Below the pieces are notes generated by a model, which made no database searches, was not told where the DNA came from, and saw only the letters and a program-made list of their open reading frames with translations. Shown here one piece after another: positions 17,380 to 26,735 of a stretch of 64,000 bases of DNA (position 1 is its first letter; every line of letters starts with the position of its first letter). This stretch comes from Methanobacteriota archaeon. Its GTDB lineage: Archaea; Thermoplasmatota; Thermoplasmata; SG8-5; DAIRED01. A program made the translations under genes and the position numbers. The stretch covers positions 157,868-221,867 of the forward strand of contig JAZDNO010000006.1 of NCBI GenBank assembly GCA_043799545.1, read 5' to 3'.

Positions 17380-19152
17380 CTACCAAAGGACGTGCCAGTA
17401 TATTTGCGCGTAGACGAAGAAAGCCAACTCCCCCAGCACCACGAGCGCGAACGCGGCGTGCCTCGCGGCGTACCTCGACGTCAGCTGCGTCGGCGTCTCG
17501 CCGGCGTCAAGCACGTACGCCTTGGGGTTGCCCAGAGCCCAAACGTGGAACGTCTTGTCCCCGCCTTTCGAGGGATAGGCAATGTCCAGGTCGGTGATCG
17601 GGGAGAGGAGTAGCTCGTGTTTGTCTAAAACGACCCTGCCCTTCGCCCTGCCCTTCCATTTATTGTACGAATTTCTCGTGCTATCGACAATGACCTTGAT
17701 GAACGGCGTGGCAGCGGCGTCCTCGGACGGATAGGCAGGCGCGGGTTCGGAGCTGTCCAAGGAAGGCCCGGGTTGGAGCGTCCCGTCAATTTCGTCGAAC
17801 CTGTCCGGATTAATATTTTGCTCCTCGGGTCCGTGGAGCTGGCGGAGCTTCTCGTGTTTGTATCGCCAGACCTTGCAAGTCAAATGACGTGTCTGCTTGT
17901 CGCCTAGGCAAAGCGTGCAGGTCATCTTGCCTGTGCCGTCGCATTTTTCGCATGGGAAATAGCCGCGGCCATCGCAAGGCTGGCAACGCGCCTTCCCTTT
18001 CCCGTCGCACTTTTCGCATTTAATAGCGTGCGGCGTTCCGAACGATGCGCCCGTTGTCAGCCATTTCCCGCCAGGCTGGCTCGAAGGTGTGGTAGTGTAA
18101 TAACCGAATCCCCAGCACTTTTCGCATCGAGAGCGCCCCGTGCCTTGGCACACAGGGCACTGCTTTTTGGAGTCGCCCTTGCATTTGTCGCATGTAATAT
18201 GCCCCGTCGCCTTGCATCTGCCGCAACCGTCTATCTTCTCGCTAATCGGGAATGTCTGGACGTCGTCCTCCGAAGTGAACTTCGTTGGGACCACGGGCTT
18301 AGGATCCTCGTGAAGTTTGTATTTATCGCTGATGCGCTGTTCATTGACCTCGGTGGAGAAATATTCGACTTCCTCGTCCCCCCTTAAATAGCCGCCGTAA
18401 TGTTTGTTCACCTTCTCGACTTCGAACGATTTCAACAGCCTGTTCGTGATGAAGAGCTTCGACTCCTTATTTTCCCTGAGTCCTTCCTTGAAGCTCTTGA
18501 ATATCTCGTCGCCTTCCGGGTGTTTCATGGGGTCGGCGCCGCAATCCGGGTCCTCGACCTTTTTATTGAATCCCTTGAGCTTGGCATTCTCAAACCTCTT
18601 TTTGGTGGCCGAGGTGGAGCTGTACCAGCCTCCCAGCGTCACGGGTACGACAATCAGGCAGGCCATGAGGAAGCCGTACTTTTTCAGCGCATCGATGGGG
18701 TCGAATCCGCTTCCGGGTTCGTCGCCGAGCGCGATGTCCACGTATCCTGCCTCGGTCGGCCCCGTCTCTGCCTCGATAATCAGGTGCATCGGAGTGCCGT
18801 ATGTGGGTGTGTAGGTCGTTCTGACCGTGCCCGTGGCATCCGTCGTGCCGAGGCTGGAGCCGAATTGGGCTAACGTCCACGAATCGGCGACTGGGCCGTA
18901 GGCACTGACATCATATATGCCGAAATAAACCGAGGCTCCCGCAACCGGATTGCCCGAAAGGTCTCTGACGACTACCGTCACATCCGTCGGCGTATCTTGG
19001 TAGAACTTGTTCGGCGTCACTTCTAGCACCAGCTCGGCCCCATACGCCTTCGCGTTGTCCGACCAGACGCACACGGCGATTCCACCGAGAAGCGCAGCCG
19101 CAAGCCACAAGCAAACTACGCCCCTGAGCAATCCACTTGGCCTGTTAAACAT
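17380..19152 (-). CDS. Membrane protein with an extracellular Ig-like domain and two cytoplasmic DnaJ-type (CxxCxGxG) Cys-rich clusters
   Basis: N-terminal signal/anchor, then VTVVVRDLSGNPVAGASVYF...TDATGTVRTTYTP (Ig-like), then TM YGFLMACLIVVPVTLGGWY. Cys-rich clusters follow: CGRCKATG-CDKCKGDS-CPVCQGTG-CEKCWGFG and CEKCDGKG-CQPCDGRG-CEKCDGTG-CTLCLGD. A C-terminal TM helix closes the protein. Confidence 0.8.
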   Translation of the reverse strand: MFNRPSGLLRGVVCLWLAAALLGGIAVCVWSDNAKAYGAELVLEVTPNKFYQDTPTDVTVVVRDLSGNPVAGASVYFGIYDVSAYGPVADSWTLAQFGSSLGTTDATGTVRTTYTPTYGTPMHLIIEAETGPTEAGYVDIALGDEPGSGFDPIDALKKYGFLMACLIVVPVTLGGWYSSTSATKKRFENAKLKGFNKKVEDPDCGADPMKHPEGDEIFKSFKEGLRENKESKLFITNRLLKSFEVEKVNKHYGGYLRGDEEVEYFSTEVNEQRISDKYKLHEDPKPVVPTKFTSEDDVQTFPISEKIDGCGRCKATGHITCDKCKGDSKKQCPVCQGTGRSRCEKCWGFGYYTTTPSSQPGGKWLTTGASFGTPHAIKCEKCDGKGKARCQPCDGRGYFPCEKCDGTGKMTCTLCLGDKQTRHLTCKVWRYKHEKLRQLHGPEEQNINPDRFDEIDGTLQPGPSLDSSEPAPAYPSEDAAATPFIKVIVDSTRNSYNKWKGRAKGRVVLDKHELLLSPITDLDIAYPSKGGDKTFHVWALGNPKAYVLDAGETPTQLTSRYAARHAAFALVVLGELAFFVYAQIYWHVLW

Positions 19153-19291
19153 GGCAATCTTTCCTCCGCCTTTGACCCGGATGGTGAATATTCGTCGAAC
19201 GTAATAATATTTGCTTTTCGGTCAAGCGCTCTTTCATTTTCGGCAACCCCGGGCAAACCTTATTACCGCAAGCGCCGTACGCAAGTGGCTT

Positions 19292-22200
19292 ATGTCCAAG
19301 CACGCAGGCTCTGCAAAGATACTCTCGGGGATGGAACCCGAGGTCGGCGAGTGGTTCACTTCCAAGTTCGGCAAGATGACAGAGCCCCAGGAGCGCGCCA
19401 TCCCGCTCATCCGCGACGGGAAGAACGTCCTCATCTCGTCGCCGACCGGTTCCGGGAAAACTCTAACTGCTTTCCTGGCGATACTGAATGAGCTTCTCGC
19501 GCTGGAGAAGCGCGGCGAGCTTGAGAAGCGCATCTACTGCGTCTACGTCTCGCCTCTGAAGGCGCTGGCGAACGACATAGAGAAGAATTTGCTGTCTCCC
19601 CTTTCCGAGATTTCTGTCATCGCGGAAAACGAGCCTGGCATCAGGGTCGCCGTGCGCTCCGGAGACACGAGCAATTCGGACCGCCAGAAGATGCTCAGGA
19701 AACCCCCGCACATCCTCATCACAACGCCCGAGAGCCTTGGGATAATCCTCTCCGCGCCCAAGTTCAGGGAGCTTCTGGTAGGGGTGCGGTGGGCGATAGT
19801 GGACGAGATACACGAGATATGCTCGTCGAAGCGAGGAGTACAACTCGCACTCAACCTGGAGCGCCTCAGGGAACTTGCCGGCGTCAACTTCGTCCGAGTC
19901 GGGCTCTCGGCGACACAAGCCCCCATAGAGGAAATCGGGCTCTTCCTCGGCGGTCACGAAGGCGGCCATCCGCGCCCGATGCAAATCATCGAGGCCAAGA
20001 TGGGGAAGGACCTGGACGTCAGGGTCATGGCCCCGACGGACAGGATGAACGAGCTGCCTGTGGACGTTGTTAATGCAGCACTCTACGAGCGCCTGGAGGG
20101 GATGATTCGCTCCCACACGACGACGATAGTCTTCACCAACACACGCAGCGGGACGGAGCGCGTGGCCCTCAAGTTGAAGGAGATGGGAATCGAGAGCATG
20201 GCGGCGCACCACGGCTCGCTGAGCAAGGAGACGCGGCTTGAGGTCGAGGGGCAGTTGAGGGGCGGCCAGCTCCAGGCCGTCGTCACTTCGACCTCGCTGG
20301 AGTTGGGGATTGACATCGGAAGCGTGGACTTGGTGGCGCAGATTGGCTCTCCTAAATCCATCTCGAAAGGGTTGCAGCGCGTTGGGCGCTCGGGCCACGG
20401 CGTCGGCCGCACGAGCAAGGGCCGTCTAATCGCCTTCGACAACGACGACCTCATCGAATGCGCCGTGCTAGTGAAGAACGCCAAGCTCGGTCACATCGAC
20501 CGCGTTTCCATTCCGCGCAACTGCCTCGACGTGCTCTCCCAGGCGCTCGTAGGGATGAGCCTGGAGCGGGTCTGGAAGACGGACGACGCATACGAGATCG
20601 TTCGAAGGGCGCACCCGTATCGCGAGCTGACCCGCGACGACTTCGACTCGGTGATGCGCTACCTCGGAGGCCAGGAGATGGAGGACATCTATTCCAAGCT
20701 CTGGCACGACCCGGACAAGGGGGAGTTCGGCCGCAAGAAGGGCGGTCGTATGATTTACTACCTCAACTCCGGGACGATTCCGGACGAGGCTGACTACCAG
20801 GTCTTCAGCGACAAGGGGCGCCACCTTGGCAAGCTCTCCGAGAAGTTCGTGGAGCGCCTGAACAGTAGAGACGTGTTCGTGCTTGGCGGGCGCACGTACG
20901 AATACATGCGCGCCAGAGGGACGAAGGTCTTCGTCAAGGACGCGACTGGCCGAAGGCCAACGGTGCCTTCGTGGACCGGAGAGATGCTGCCGCGGAGCTT
21001 CGACCTCTCGATGCAGGTCGGCGCGTTCAGGGGCGAGCTGGACAGGGCGCTGCGCGATGGCTCGCGCGAAGAGGTCATCGAGTGGCTGGAAAAGGACTAC
21101 TTCCTGGACGCTGACGCCGCCGGGGACATCGCGGCCTACGCCTCCGAGCAGATGGCGATGGCAGGATTCCTGCCGTCTGACAGGACGCTCTGCGTCGAGG
21201 CATACTCTGATGACAAGGGCCAGCACCACGCTATTTTCCACTTCCCCTTCGGCAGGAGAGTGAATGATGCTTTGGCCAGGGGATACGCCTCGGCGCTTTC
21301 GAAGAAGCTCAAGGCGAACGTCAAGGTCTCCGTCATAGACGACGCGTTCATTGTGACCGCCGCGAAGCAGTTCGACATCCGCGCCCTGCCTGGGATTGTG
21401 AAAACCAAGGACTTCGAGTCCGACCTTCGCTCGGCCATCATGGGCACGGAGCTATACAAGCAGCGCTTCCGCCACGTCGCCGGGCGCAGCTTCCTGGTGC
21501 TGAGGAACTACATGGGCCGCGAAATCTCGGTGTCCAGGCAGCAGATGCGCTCCCAGAGGATACTGGAGGCGCTCGCGGACCATCCCGAGTTTCCGGTGGT
21601 CAAGGAGACGCTGTCGGAGATTTTCAACGAGGTGCTCGACGTTCCCCATGCCCTGAAGGTGATGGGCTGGATTGAGTCGGGAGATGTCGAGATACGGCAC
21701 ATCAAATCCGAGGAGGCTCCGACCCCCTTCGCGTACAACGTACTGGTCTCGGACATGGCCGACATCGTGCTCCTGGAGGACAAGGCCGCGCTGCTCCGGG
21801 AGATGCACAGCAAGGTCCTGAAGCGCATCCTGGGCGACGGGATGGAGCCGCTCTTCACGCCAGAGGCTGCGGAGAAGCATTTCCGCGAAAAGTTCCCCGC
21901 GGTGGCGAGCAAGGCGGACGTGCCCGCACTGATGAAGGCATCTGGACCCCTGAGGCTTTTCACAACGCGTGGCCGCAACATCTACGAGTGGAGCGGCGTT
22001 CCGCCCGAGGAGCTGAACGCCTGGTGCGAGGAGCTGATAGCCGAAGGCGACCTCGTCTCCGCAAGGGCCAGAGAAGTGGTCTGGGCCGTGCCCGAGGACG
22101 TGCCGAAGCTGGCGGCCCTTTTCGCAGACGCTGCGAAGACAAAGGCGAAGGAGAAAGAGCTCCTCTCTCTGCTGGCCGACGGCAAGGTGCACGTCAGCGC

Positions 22201-24688
22201 AGAGCTGGAGAAGGCTCTCAAGCTGGACAGAAAGAAACTCAAGGACGTCGCGACCGAGCTGGAACGGAAGTACCTGATTTCGCGCGCCGACGGGAGCGGA
22301 AAATCGTATCGCCGCCTCGAAGTGAAAACGGTGGACCGCGCCGCATCGATGCGCGACCTCGCCATCCGCATCCTCGGCTCTTCGGGGCCGATGCTGGCGG
22401 AGGAGCTGGCTCTCGAACTGGGGGCGGGCGTCTCCGAGACGAAGAACCTTCTGGGCTTGCTGGACGAGGAGGGGCTGCTGTTCTCCGGCGGAATCACATA
22501 CCTGGAGACGCAGTTCGCGCTCAAGGCGGACGTCGAGGCGCTGCGCGGCGCTGACGGAGACAGGGGCATAGGCGTCGAGGACGTGTACGGCCTTCTGCTG
22601 GACAAGCAGTTTAAGAAATATCCGTCCGTGGCCAGCTATTTCGAGGCGAATCCGGATGTCGGGCTGTCGATGGACCTCGCCTGGCGCGTGGACAATTACA
22701 ACCCCGCCCATCTTGACGCGATGTGGGCGTCCGGAGATGTCGTGGTCGGCCGCTTCGTTGGGGGGCGGGTCCGCTACGTGGCAAAGCGCGATGCCGAGCT
22801 TCTGCATTCCTTCAGGGGCCCGGGCAGGCTTTCTGAAAGGGAGAAAACCATCCTGGAGCTTATAGAGAAGCACCCTGGCATCGGAATCGAGGACGTGGTG
22901 AAGAAGACGGGGCTCGACAAGGAGGTCGCGAGGGAAGCCGTCTACATGCTCGACAGGGGGCTTTTCGTCTCCCGCGCGGTCGGCTCCAGCGCTGGCCGGA
23001 ACCACTATGTGAGATACGCGCCCGAGACAATCGATGAGAACCCCCTGCCGTCTTTGATCGAGCGCTACGTGCGCTCCTTCGGGCCCGCGACCGTCAGGCA
23101 GCTGGAGCGGCTGCTCCGGGCGGAGAGGATTTCCTTGGATGCGACGCTGAGCGCGCTCGTCGCGAGCGGCAAGGTCCGCTCCTTCGCGGTATCGGGTGAG
23201 AAGGAGTTGTATTACGTCGCGGAAGAGGACTTCGAGAGCCTTGGCAAGCTCAAGCCAGACGACGAGGTCCGGGTTCTCTCGATACTCGATCCATTCACGC
23301 TGCACTTTTCAAGGGAGATAGAGGCCAGGTGGGGCGAGGGCTGGTATTATCCCATATTCAAGGGAACGCGGCCGTGCGGAATCGTGGAGCTTTGGGAGAT
23401 GAGCGGGCGGGTGGAGGTGCGCAACGTCGAGCTCGAGCCTCCTGTCACGATGGCCGAGGTGCTGGCGGCCTTGGAAAAAATCTCAACGTACTTCGACGCC
23501 ATGCACATGGACACGATGACTGTCGCAGGCGCGCAAGGGAAGCTCGTCGTTGACATGACGGAAAAGGAAACGCAACCGTTTCTGGATGCAGGTTTCGCCA
23601 AAGCGCAGAGCTGGCTGGCAAAAGGCATCGACACAGAGCGCGTGCTGACGCTGGACGAGTTCGTCTCGTTCCTGCTATGGCGCCAGGGGCTCGCCCCCCA
23701 GACCAGGTTCTCCAGCATCGGAGAGCTGGACGAAACTTTGGTCGGGCTGCGCTCGGAGGACGAGGCCATGGCGAGGCTCTCTTCTCCGCCGCGCGGGCTC
23801 TCTTTCAAGACGGTGAACGGTCTCAACCTCGGTTTTGGAATACCTAACGTCATGATGTGGCTAACGGAGGAATCGGCGCGCAGGTACAGGGACGCGCTGC
23901 AGGAGCCAGAGACGCCGGCCGAGCGAACGGTCATTCGGGCGCTGCGTCGGTCCGGCGGGATGGGCCGGAAGGCGCTGGTGGAAGGATTGATGGGCGGCGC
24001 CAGCGGGCGGGAAGCCTTGAACAGGATGTTCCGCAAGTGCATGGTGATGCGCAACAGCTTCGGCCGCTACGTCGCAGTCCCGGGGCTGCCCGGTGACCGC
24101 GCCGAGGCGAGGAAGTGGCTCGTCGAGCGCATGGTCCGTAACTTCGTGGTTGCCTGCCCCGAGTCGATTTCAGTGTACACAGGCAGCGAAATCGGGGCTC
24201 CGGAGGCGCGGGGTCACCTTCACACGCTGCGCAGCGAGGGGAAGCTCGCTAAGGGATTCCTCCTCGGGGAGGACAGCGCGTCTCCATGGATGCCCAACTC
24301 CATTCCGTACTGGATGCCCGCCGAGTTCGCCTCGAAGCCGGTGCCGGGGGTTGAAGGGGATATGCTCATCGGGCCGGGCTGGAAGGACCGCGTCTCGCAT
24401 TACCTCCGGCCGTGGGTGCAGCAGAAGCTCGGACTCGGAAGTGCATACCTGGTGTTCACCGGCGGTCGGCTCGTGGGGGGTTTCGTCGGGCGCAAAGTGG
24501 GCGGCGGTGTGCGCGTGAAGAAGTTTTCCGGCAATGAGGAAGCCTGGCAGGTCGCGCGCAGGCAGGCGGCGATGCAGGGGCAGCGTCTCACCATGGCTGT
24601 AGAAGATGAGGCGGAGGAAGAGCGAGACGACGACAGCATAGACGAGTGGGCCAAGAAATTAATGCTGACGACGGTGAGAAAGAAATGA
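19292..24688 (+). CDS. lhr: Lhr-family DEAD/DEAH-box helicase, extra-long form (1798 aa) with two C-terminal AlkZ/YcaQ-like modules
   Basis: Start moved to ATG 19292 (MSKHAGS...). Helicase motifs: EWFTSKFGKMTEPQERAIP, SSPTGSGKTLTAFL, VDEIHE, LSATQ, HHGSLS, TSSLELGIDIG, QRVGRSGH. The C-terminal half carries wH repeats plus LIERYVRSFGPATVRQLERL...ILDPFTLHF...GIVELWEMSGRVEV, and again WLVERMVRNFVVACPESI...YLVFTGGRLVGGFVGRKVGGGVRV. Confidence 0.9.
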   Translation: MSKHAGSAKILSGMEPEVGEWFTSKFGKMTEPQERAIPLIRDGKNVLISSPTGSGKTLTAFLAILNELLALEKRGELEKRIYCVYVSPLKALANDIEKNLLSPLSEISVIAENEPGIRVAVRSGDTSNSDRQKMLRKPPHILITTPESLGIILSAPKFRELLVGVRWAIVDEIHEICSSKRGVQLALNLERLRELAGVNFVRVGLSATQAPIEEIGLFLGGHEGGHPRPMQIIEAKMGKDLDVRVMAPTDRMNELPVDVVNAALYERLEGMIRSHTTTIVFTNTRSGTERVALKLKEMGIESMAAHHGSLSKETRLEVEGQLRGGQLQAVVTSTSLELGIDIGSVDLVAQIGSPKSISKGLQRVGRSGHGVGRTSKGRLIAFDNDDLIECAVLVKNAKLGHIDRVSIPRNCLDVLSQALVGMSLERVWKTDDAYEIVRRAHPYRELTRDDFDSVMRYLGGQEMEDIYSKLWHDPDKGEFGRKKGGRMIYYLNSGTIPDEADYQVFSDKGRHLGKLSEKFVERLNSRDVFVLGGRTYEYMRARGTKVFVKDATGRRPTVPSWTGEMLPRSFDLSMQVGAFRGELDRALRDGSREEVIEWLEKDYFLDADAAGDIAAYASEQMAMAGFLPSDRTLCVEAYSDDKGQHHAIFHFPFGRRVNDALARGYASALSKKLKANVKVSVIDDAFIVTAAKQFDIRALPGIVKTKDFESDLRSAIMGTELYKQRFRHVAGRSFLVLRNYMGREISVSRQQMRSQRILEALADHPEFPVVKETLSEIFNEVLDVPHALKVMGWIESGDVEIRHIKSEEAPTPFAYNVLVSDMADIVLLEDKAALLREMHSKVLKRILGDGMEPLFTPEAAEKHFREKFPAVASKADVPALMKASGPLRLFTTRGRNIYEWSGVPPEELNAWCEELIAEGDLVSARAREVVWAVPEDVPKLAALFADAAKTKAKEKELLSLLADGKVHVSAELEKALKLDRKKLKDVATELERKYLISRADGSGKSYRRLEVKTVDRAASMRDLAIRILGSSGPMLAEELALELGAGVSETKNLLGLLDEEGLLFSGGITYLETQFALKADVEALRGADGDRGIGVEDVYGLLLDKQFKKYPSVASYFEANPDVGLSMDLAWRVDNYNPAHLDAMWASGDVVVGRFVGGRVRYVAKRDAELLHSFRGPGRLSEREKTILELIEKHPGIGIEDVVKKTGLDKEVAREAVYMLDRGLFVSRAVGSSAGRNHYVRYAPETIDENPLPSLIERYVRSFGPATVRQLERLLRAERISLDATLSALVASGKVRSFAVSGEKELYYVAEEDFESLGKLKPDDEVRVLSILDPFTLHFSREIEARWGEGWYYPIFKGTRPCGIVELWEMSGRVEVRNVELEPPVTMAEVLAALEKISTYFDAMHMDTMTVAGAQGKLVVDMTEKETQPFLDAGFAKAQSWLAKGIDTERVLTLDEFVSFLLWRQGLAPQTRFSSIGELDETLVGLRSEDEAMARLSSPPRGLSFKTVNGLNLGFGIPNVMMWLTEESARRYRDALQEPETPAERTVIRALRRSGGMGRKALVEGLMGGASGREALNRMFRKCMVMRNSFGRYVAVPGLPGDRAEARKWLVERMVRNFVVACPESISVYTGSEIGAPEARGHLHTLRSEGKLAKGFLLGEDSASPWMPNSIPYWMPAEFASKPVPGVEGDMLIGPGWKDRVSHYLRPWVQQKLGLGSAYLVFTGGRLVGGFVGRKVGGGVRVKKFSGNEEAWQVARRQAAMQGQRLTMAVEDEAEEERDDDSIDEWAKKLMLTTVRKK

Positions 24689-24843
24689 ATATGTATGCGC
24701 GCGCGCATAATTAGATAATACATAGACCGGAGGTTGATTAACAATCGTGTTTTAGACATTACATGTAGTCTGAGCCCGAAATATCCCTCCCCCGCAATCC
24801 GTGCTCCGTAACCGGCATAAGGCCGGGACAGAAGGCATGAAAA

Positions 24844-25842
24844 ATGCAGAACGAAAACAAGGACGGGGGCGCGGCGACCGTCGAGATGAACGCTGCGAAA
24901 GCGAACGCAAACGGGGCAACAGCTCCGACCGGAATATCCGTTCCGGCAGGGAACTCGACCCAAAACGGTGCGAGTCAGACCCAATCCACTAGCCTCCAGA
25001 CCGTAGTGGTCTCGGGGGAGTGCACCGGGTACTTCCGCTACGGCGATGTCGAGCGCGAGTTCAGCGGCAACCACGTCGTTTTGGTCAGGACCAACGGCGG
25101 GATAATCATCCACAGCGCGCAGAAGGGCATCAAGCCGGTCTGCTACATAGAGGAAGGGGCGGACATCGCCCTCGCCCGCAATATGGCGGACGCCGAGGTG
25201 GAAATTTCCGCAATCGCCGAGGATGGACGCGAGATTCTCGTGACCTTCAGCAAGGTGCGCTCCATAAGCGGCCTCGCAGCGACGGGCGGACCCGAGAGCG
25301 TGGACCGCGCCATCCTGATGTGCGTGCAGAACGCCAACGGGATGTACGGACGCCACACGGTGTCCAGGATACTCACGGGCTCGGCCTCGAAGAAGGTTTT
25401 GACGCTCAAGCTGAGCACGCTGGCGCTCTACGGCGCACTGGCGGACGTCCCGTTCAAGGACGTGCTGGACTCCGTGGACTCGCTCATCGAGCAGGGCCTC
25501 ATCGAAATCCGCGAGAGGGAGGAATTCAAAGTCCTCTGGCTCACGGAGAGCGGCGAGAAAGCCCTCGCTGATGCAGAGACTCCGGCGGAGCCTGAGCAGT
25601 CGGCGAACGCGGAGCTGCTCCAAGCGTTGAAGGACTGGCGCCGCGACGTCGCAAAAGCTCGGCACGTTCCGAGCTTCATGGTCTTGCAGAACAGGACTCT
25701 AGCTGACATCGCTGCAAGGAAGCCGACGACCGCCGAAGACCTTTCGAAGGTCTACGGCATCGGGCGCACGCGCCTGGCAAACTACGGCCCGGAACTGCTG
25801 GACATGGTCAGGCAGCACGCAGGGGCAAATCCGGCCGCGTGA
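24844..25842 (+). CDS. Helicase-less RQC + HRDC protein with a NucS-N-terminal-like domain
   Basis: A low-complexity N-terminus is followed by GECTGYFRYGDVEREFSGNHVVLVRTNGGIIIHSAQKGIKPVCY (NucS-N-like pattern). Next comes MCVQNANGMYGRHTVSRILTGSASKKV...LYGALADVPFKDVLDSVDSLIEQGLIEI (RecQ RQC winged helix). The C-terminus is LLQALKDWRRDVAKARHVPSFMVLQNRTLADIAARKPTTAEDLSKVYGIGRTRLANYGPELLDMV (HRDC). Confidence 0.8.
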   Translation: MQNENKDGGAATVEMNAAKANANGATAPTGISVPAGNSTQNGASQTQSTSLQTVVVSGECTGYFRYGDVEREFSGNHVVLVRTNGGIIIHSAQKGIKPVCYIEEGADIALARNMADAEVEISAIAEDGREILVTFSKVRSISGLAATGGPESVDRAILMCVQNANGMYGRHTVSRILTGSASKKVLTLKLSTLALYGALADVPFKDVLDSVDSLIEQGLIEIREREEFKVLWLTESGEKALADAETPAEPEQSANAELLQALKDWRRDVAKARHVPSFMVLQNRTLADIAARKPTTAEDLSKVYGIGRTRLANYGPELLDMVRQHAGANPAA

Positions 25843-25922
25843 AAACGCTCGGAATTCGCAAATCCTACCGCGCCTTTCCGGCGCGGGAACAAAACCTTTA
25901 ATCCACCTTTTCCATCCCTCCA

Positions 25923-26735
25923 TTGCGCAAAGGGGGTCAGGACACGGCAGATTCAGAAAAATGGGGCTCGTCGATAACTAAAACGGGGGAGAACGTCATA
26001 GTCACCAAGGGCTACCGCCAGGGCGACCTCATCGGCGACGTCTCGTTCGCTGGCGTTGTCTACCTCATTCTCAAAGGCGAACTGCCCACAAAAGAGCAGG
26101 AGCGCATGATGGACGCCATAATCGTCGCTTCCATAGACCACGGTGTAAACGCGCCCACCGCCCTCGCCTCTAGGATTGTTGCATCCGGGGGTGTTCCCCT
26201 TCCTACGGCGGTATCCGCCGGCCTGCTGGCAATCGGCGATTCCCACGGCGGTGCGATTGAGAAGTGCGCCAAGCTTCTTCTTGAAAATGTCACGAAGGCG
26301 CACGGGTCCAAAGCGCCGATTGCAGAAACCGCAAAGGCCATAGTCCGCGACGCCAAGGAGCGCAAACAGCGTCTCCCTGGCTTCGGCCACAGGGTTCACA
26401 CGGACGACCCGCGCACGACGAAGCTTCTCAAGCTCGCGAAGGAGCTAAAAATCGCGGGCGAGCACGTCGAGCTGGCCGAGGCAATCCAGAAGGAACTGTC
26501 AGTGGGCGGCAAGGCGCTGCCGATAAACGTGGACGGAGCCATCGCGGCGATAACCGCCGACATGGGGTTCGACTGGCGCATGGGGAAGGGGTTCTTCCTG
26601 ATGGGGCGCGCGGCCGGGCTCGTCGCCCAGGTTTACGAGGAGCAGTCTAGGTACAAGCCGATGCGGCATATCGCGAAGGCGGATTACGATTACGACGGTC
26701 CCGCGGAGCGGGACTTGCCGGAGGGGAGAAAATGA
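25923..26735 (+). CDS. Short citrate-synthase-fold protein, citryl-CoA lyase (Ccl)-like
   Basis: 270 aa. Motifs: VSFAGVVYLILKGELPT, IVASIDHG.NAPTA and the citrate-synthase signature region LPGFGHRVHTDDPRT. Non-ATG start (TTG 25923), so the exact start is uncertain. Confidence 0.8.
   Translation: MRKGGQDTADSEKWGSSITKTGENVIVTKGYRQGDLIGDVSFAGVVYLILKGELPTKEQERMMDAIIVASIDHGVNAPTALASRIVASGGVPLPTAVSAGLLAIGDSHGGAIEKCAKLLLENVTKAHGSKAPIAETAKAIVRDAKERKQRLPGFGHRVHTDDPRTTKLLKLAKELKIAGEHVELAEAIQKELSVGGKALPINVDGAIAAITADMGFDWRMGKGFFLMGRAAGLVAQVYEEQSRYKPMRHIAKADYDYDGPAERDLPEGRK

Noticed and set aside
21452-23305. 617-aa minus-strand ORF (also 19463..20398, 20468..21241 and 24400..25665)
   Set aside because: All of these are antisense to the lhr or RQC/HRDC genes. 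They have no motifs and an Arg/Pro/Gly-rich composition, so they are shadow ORFs.
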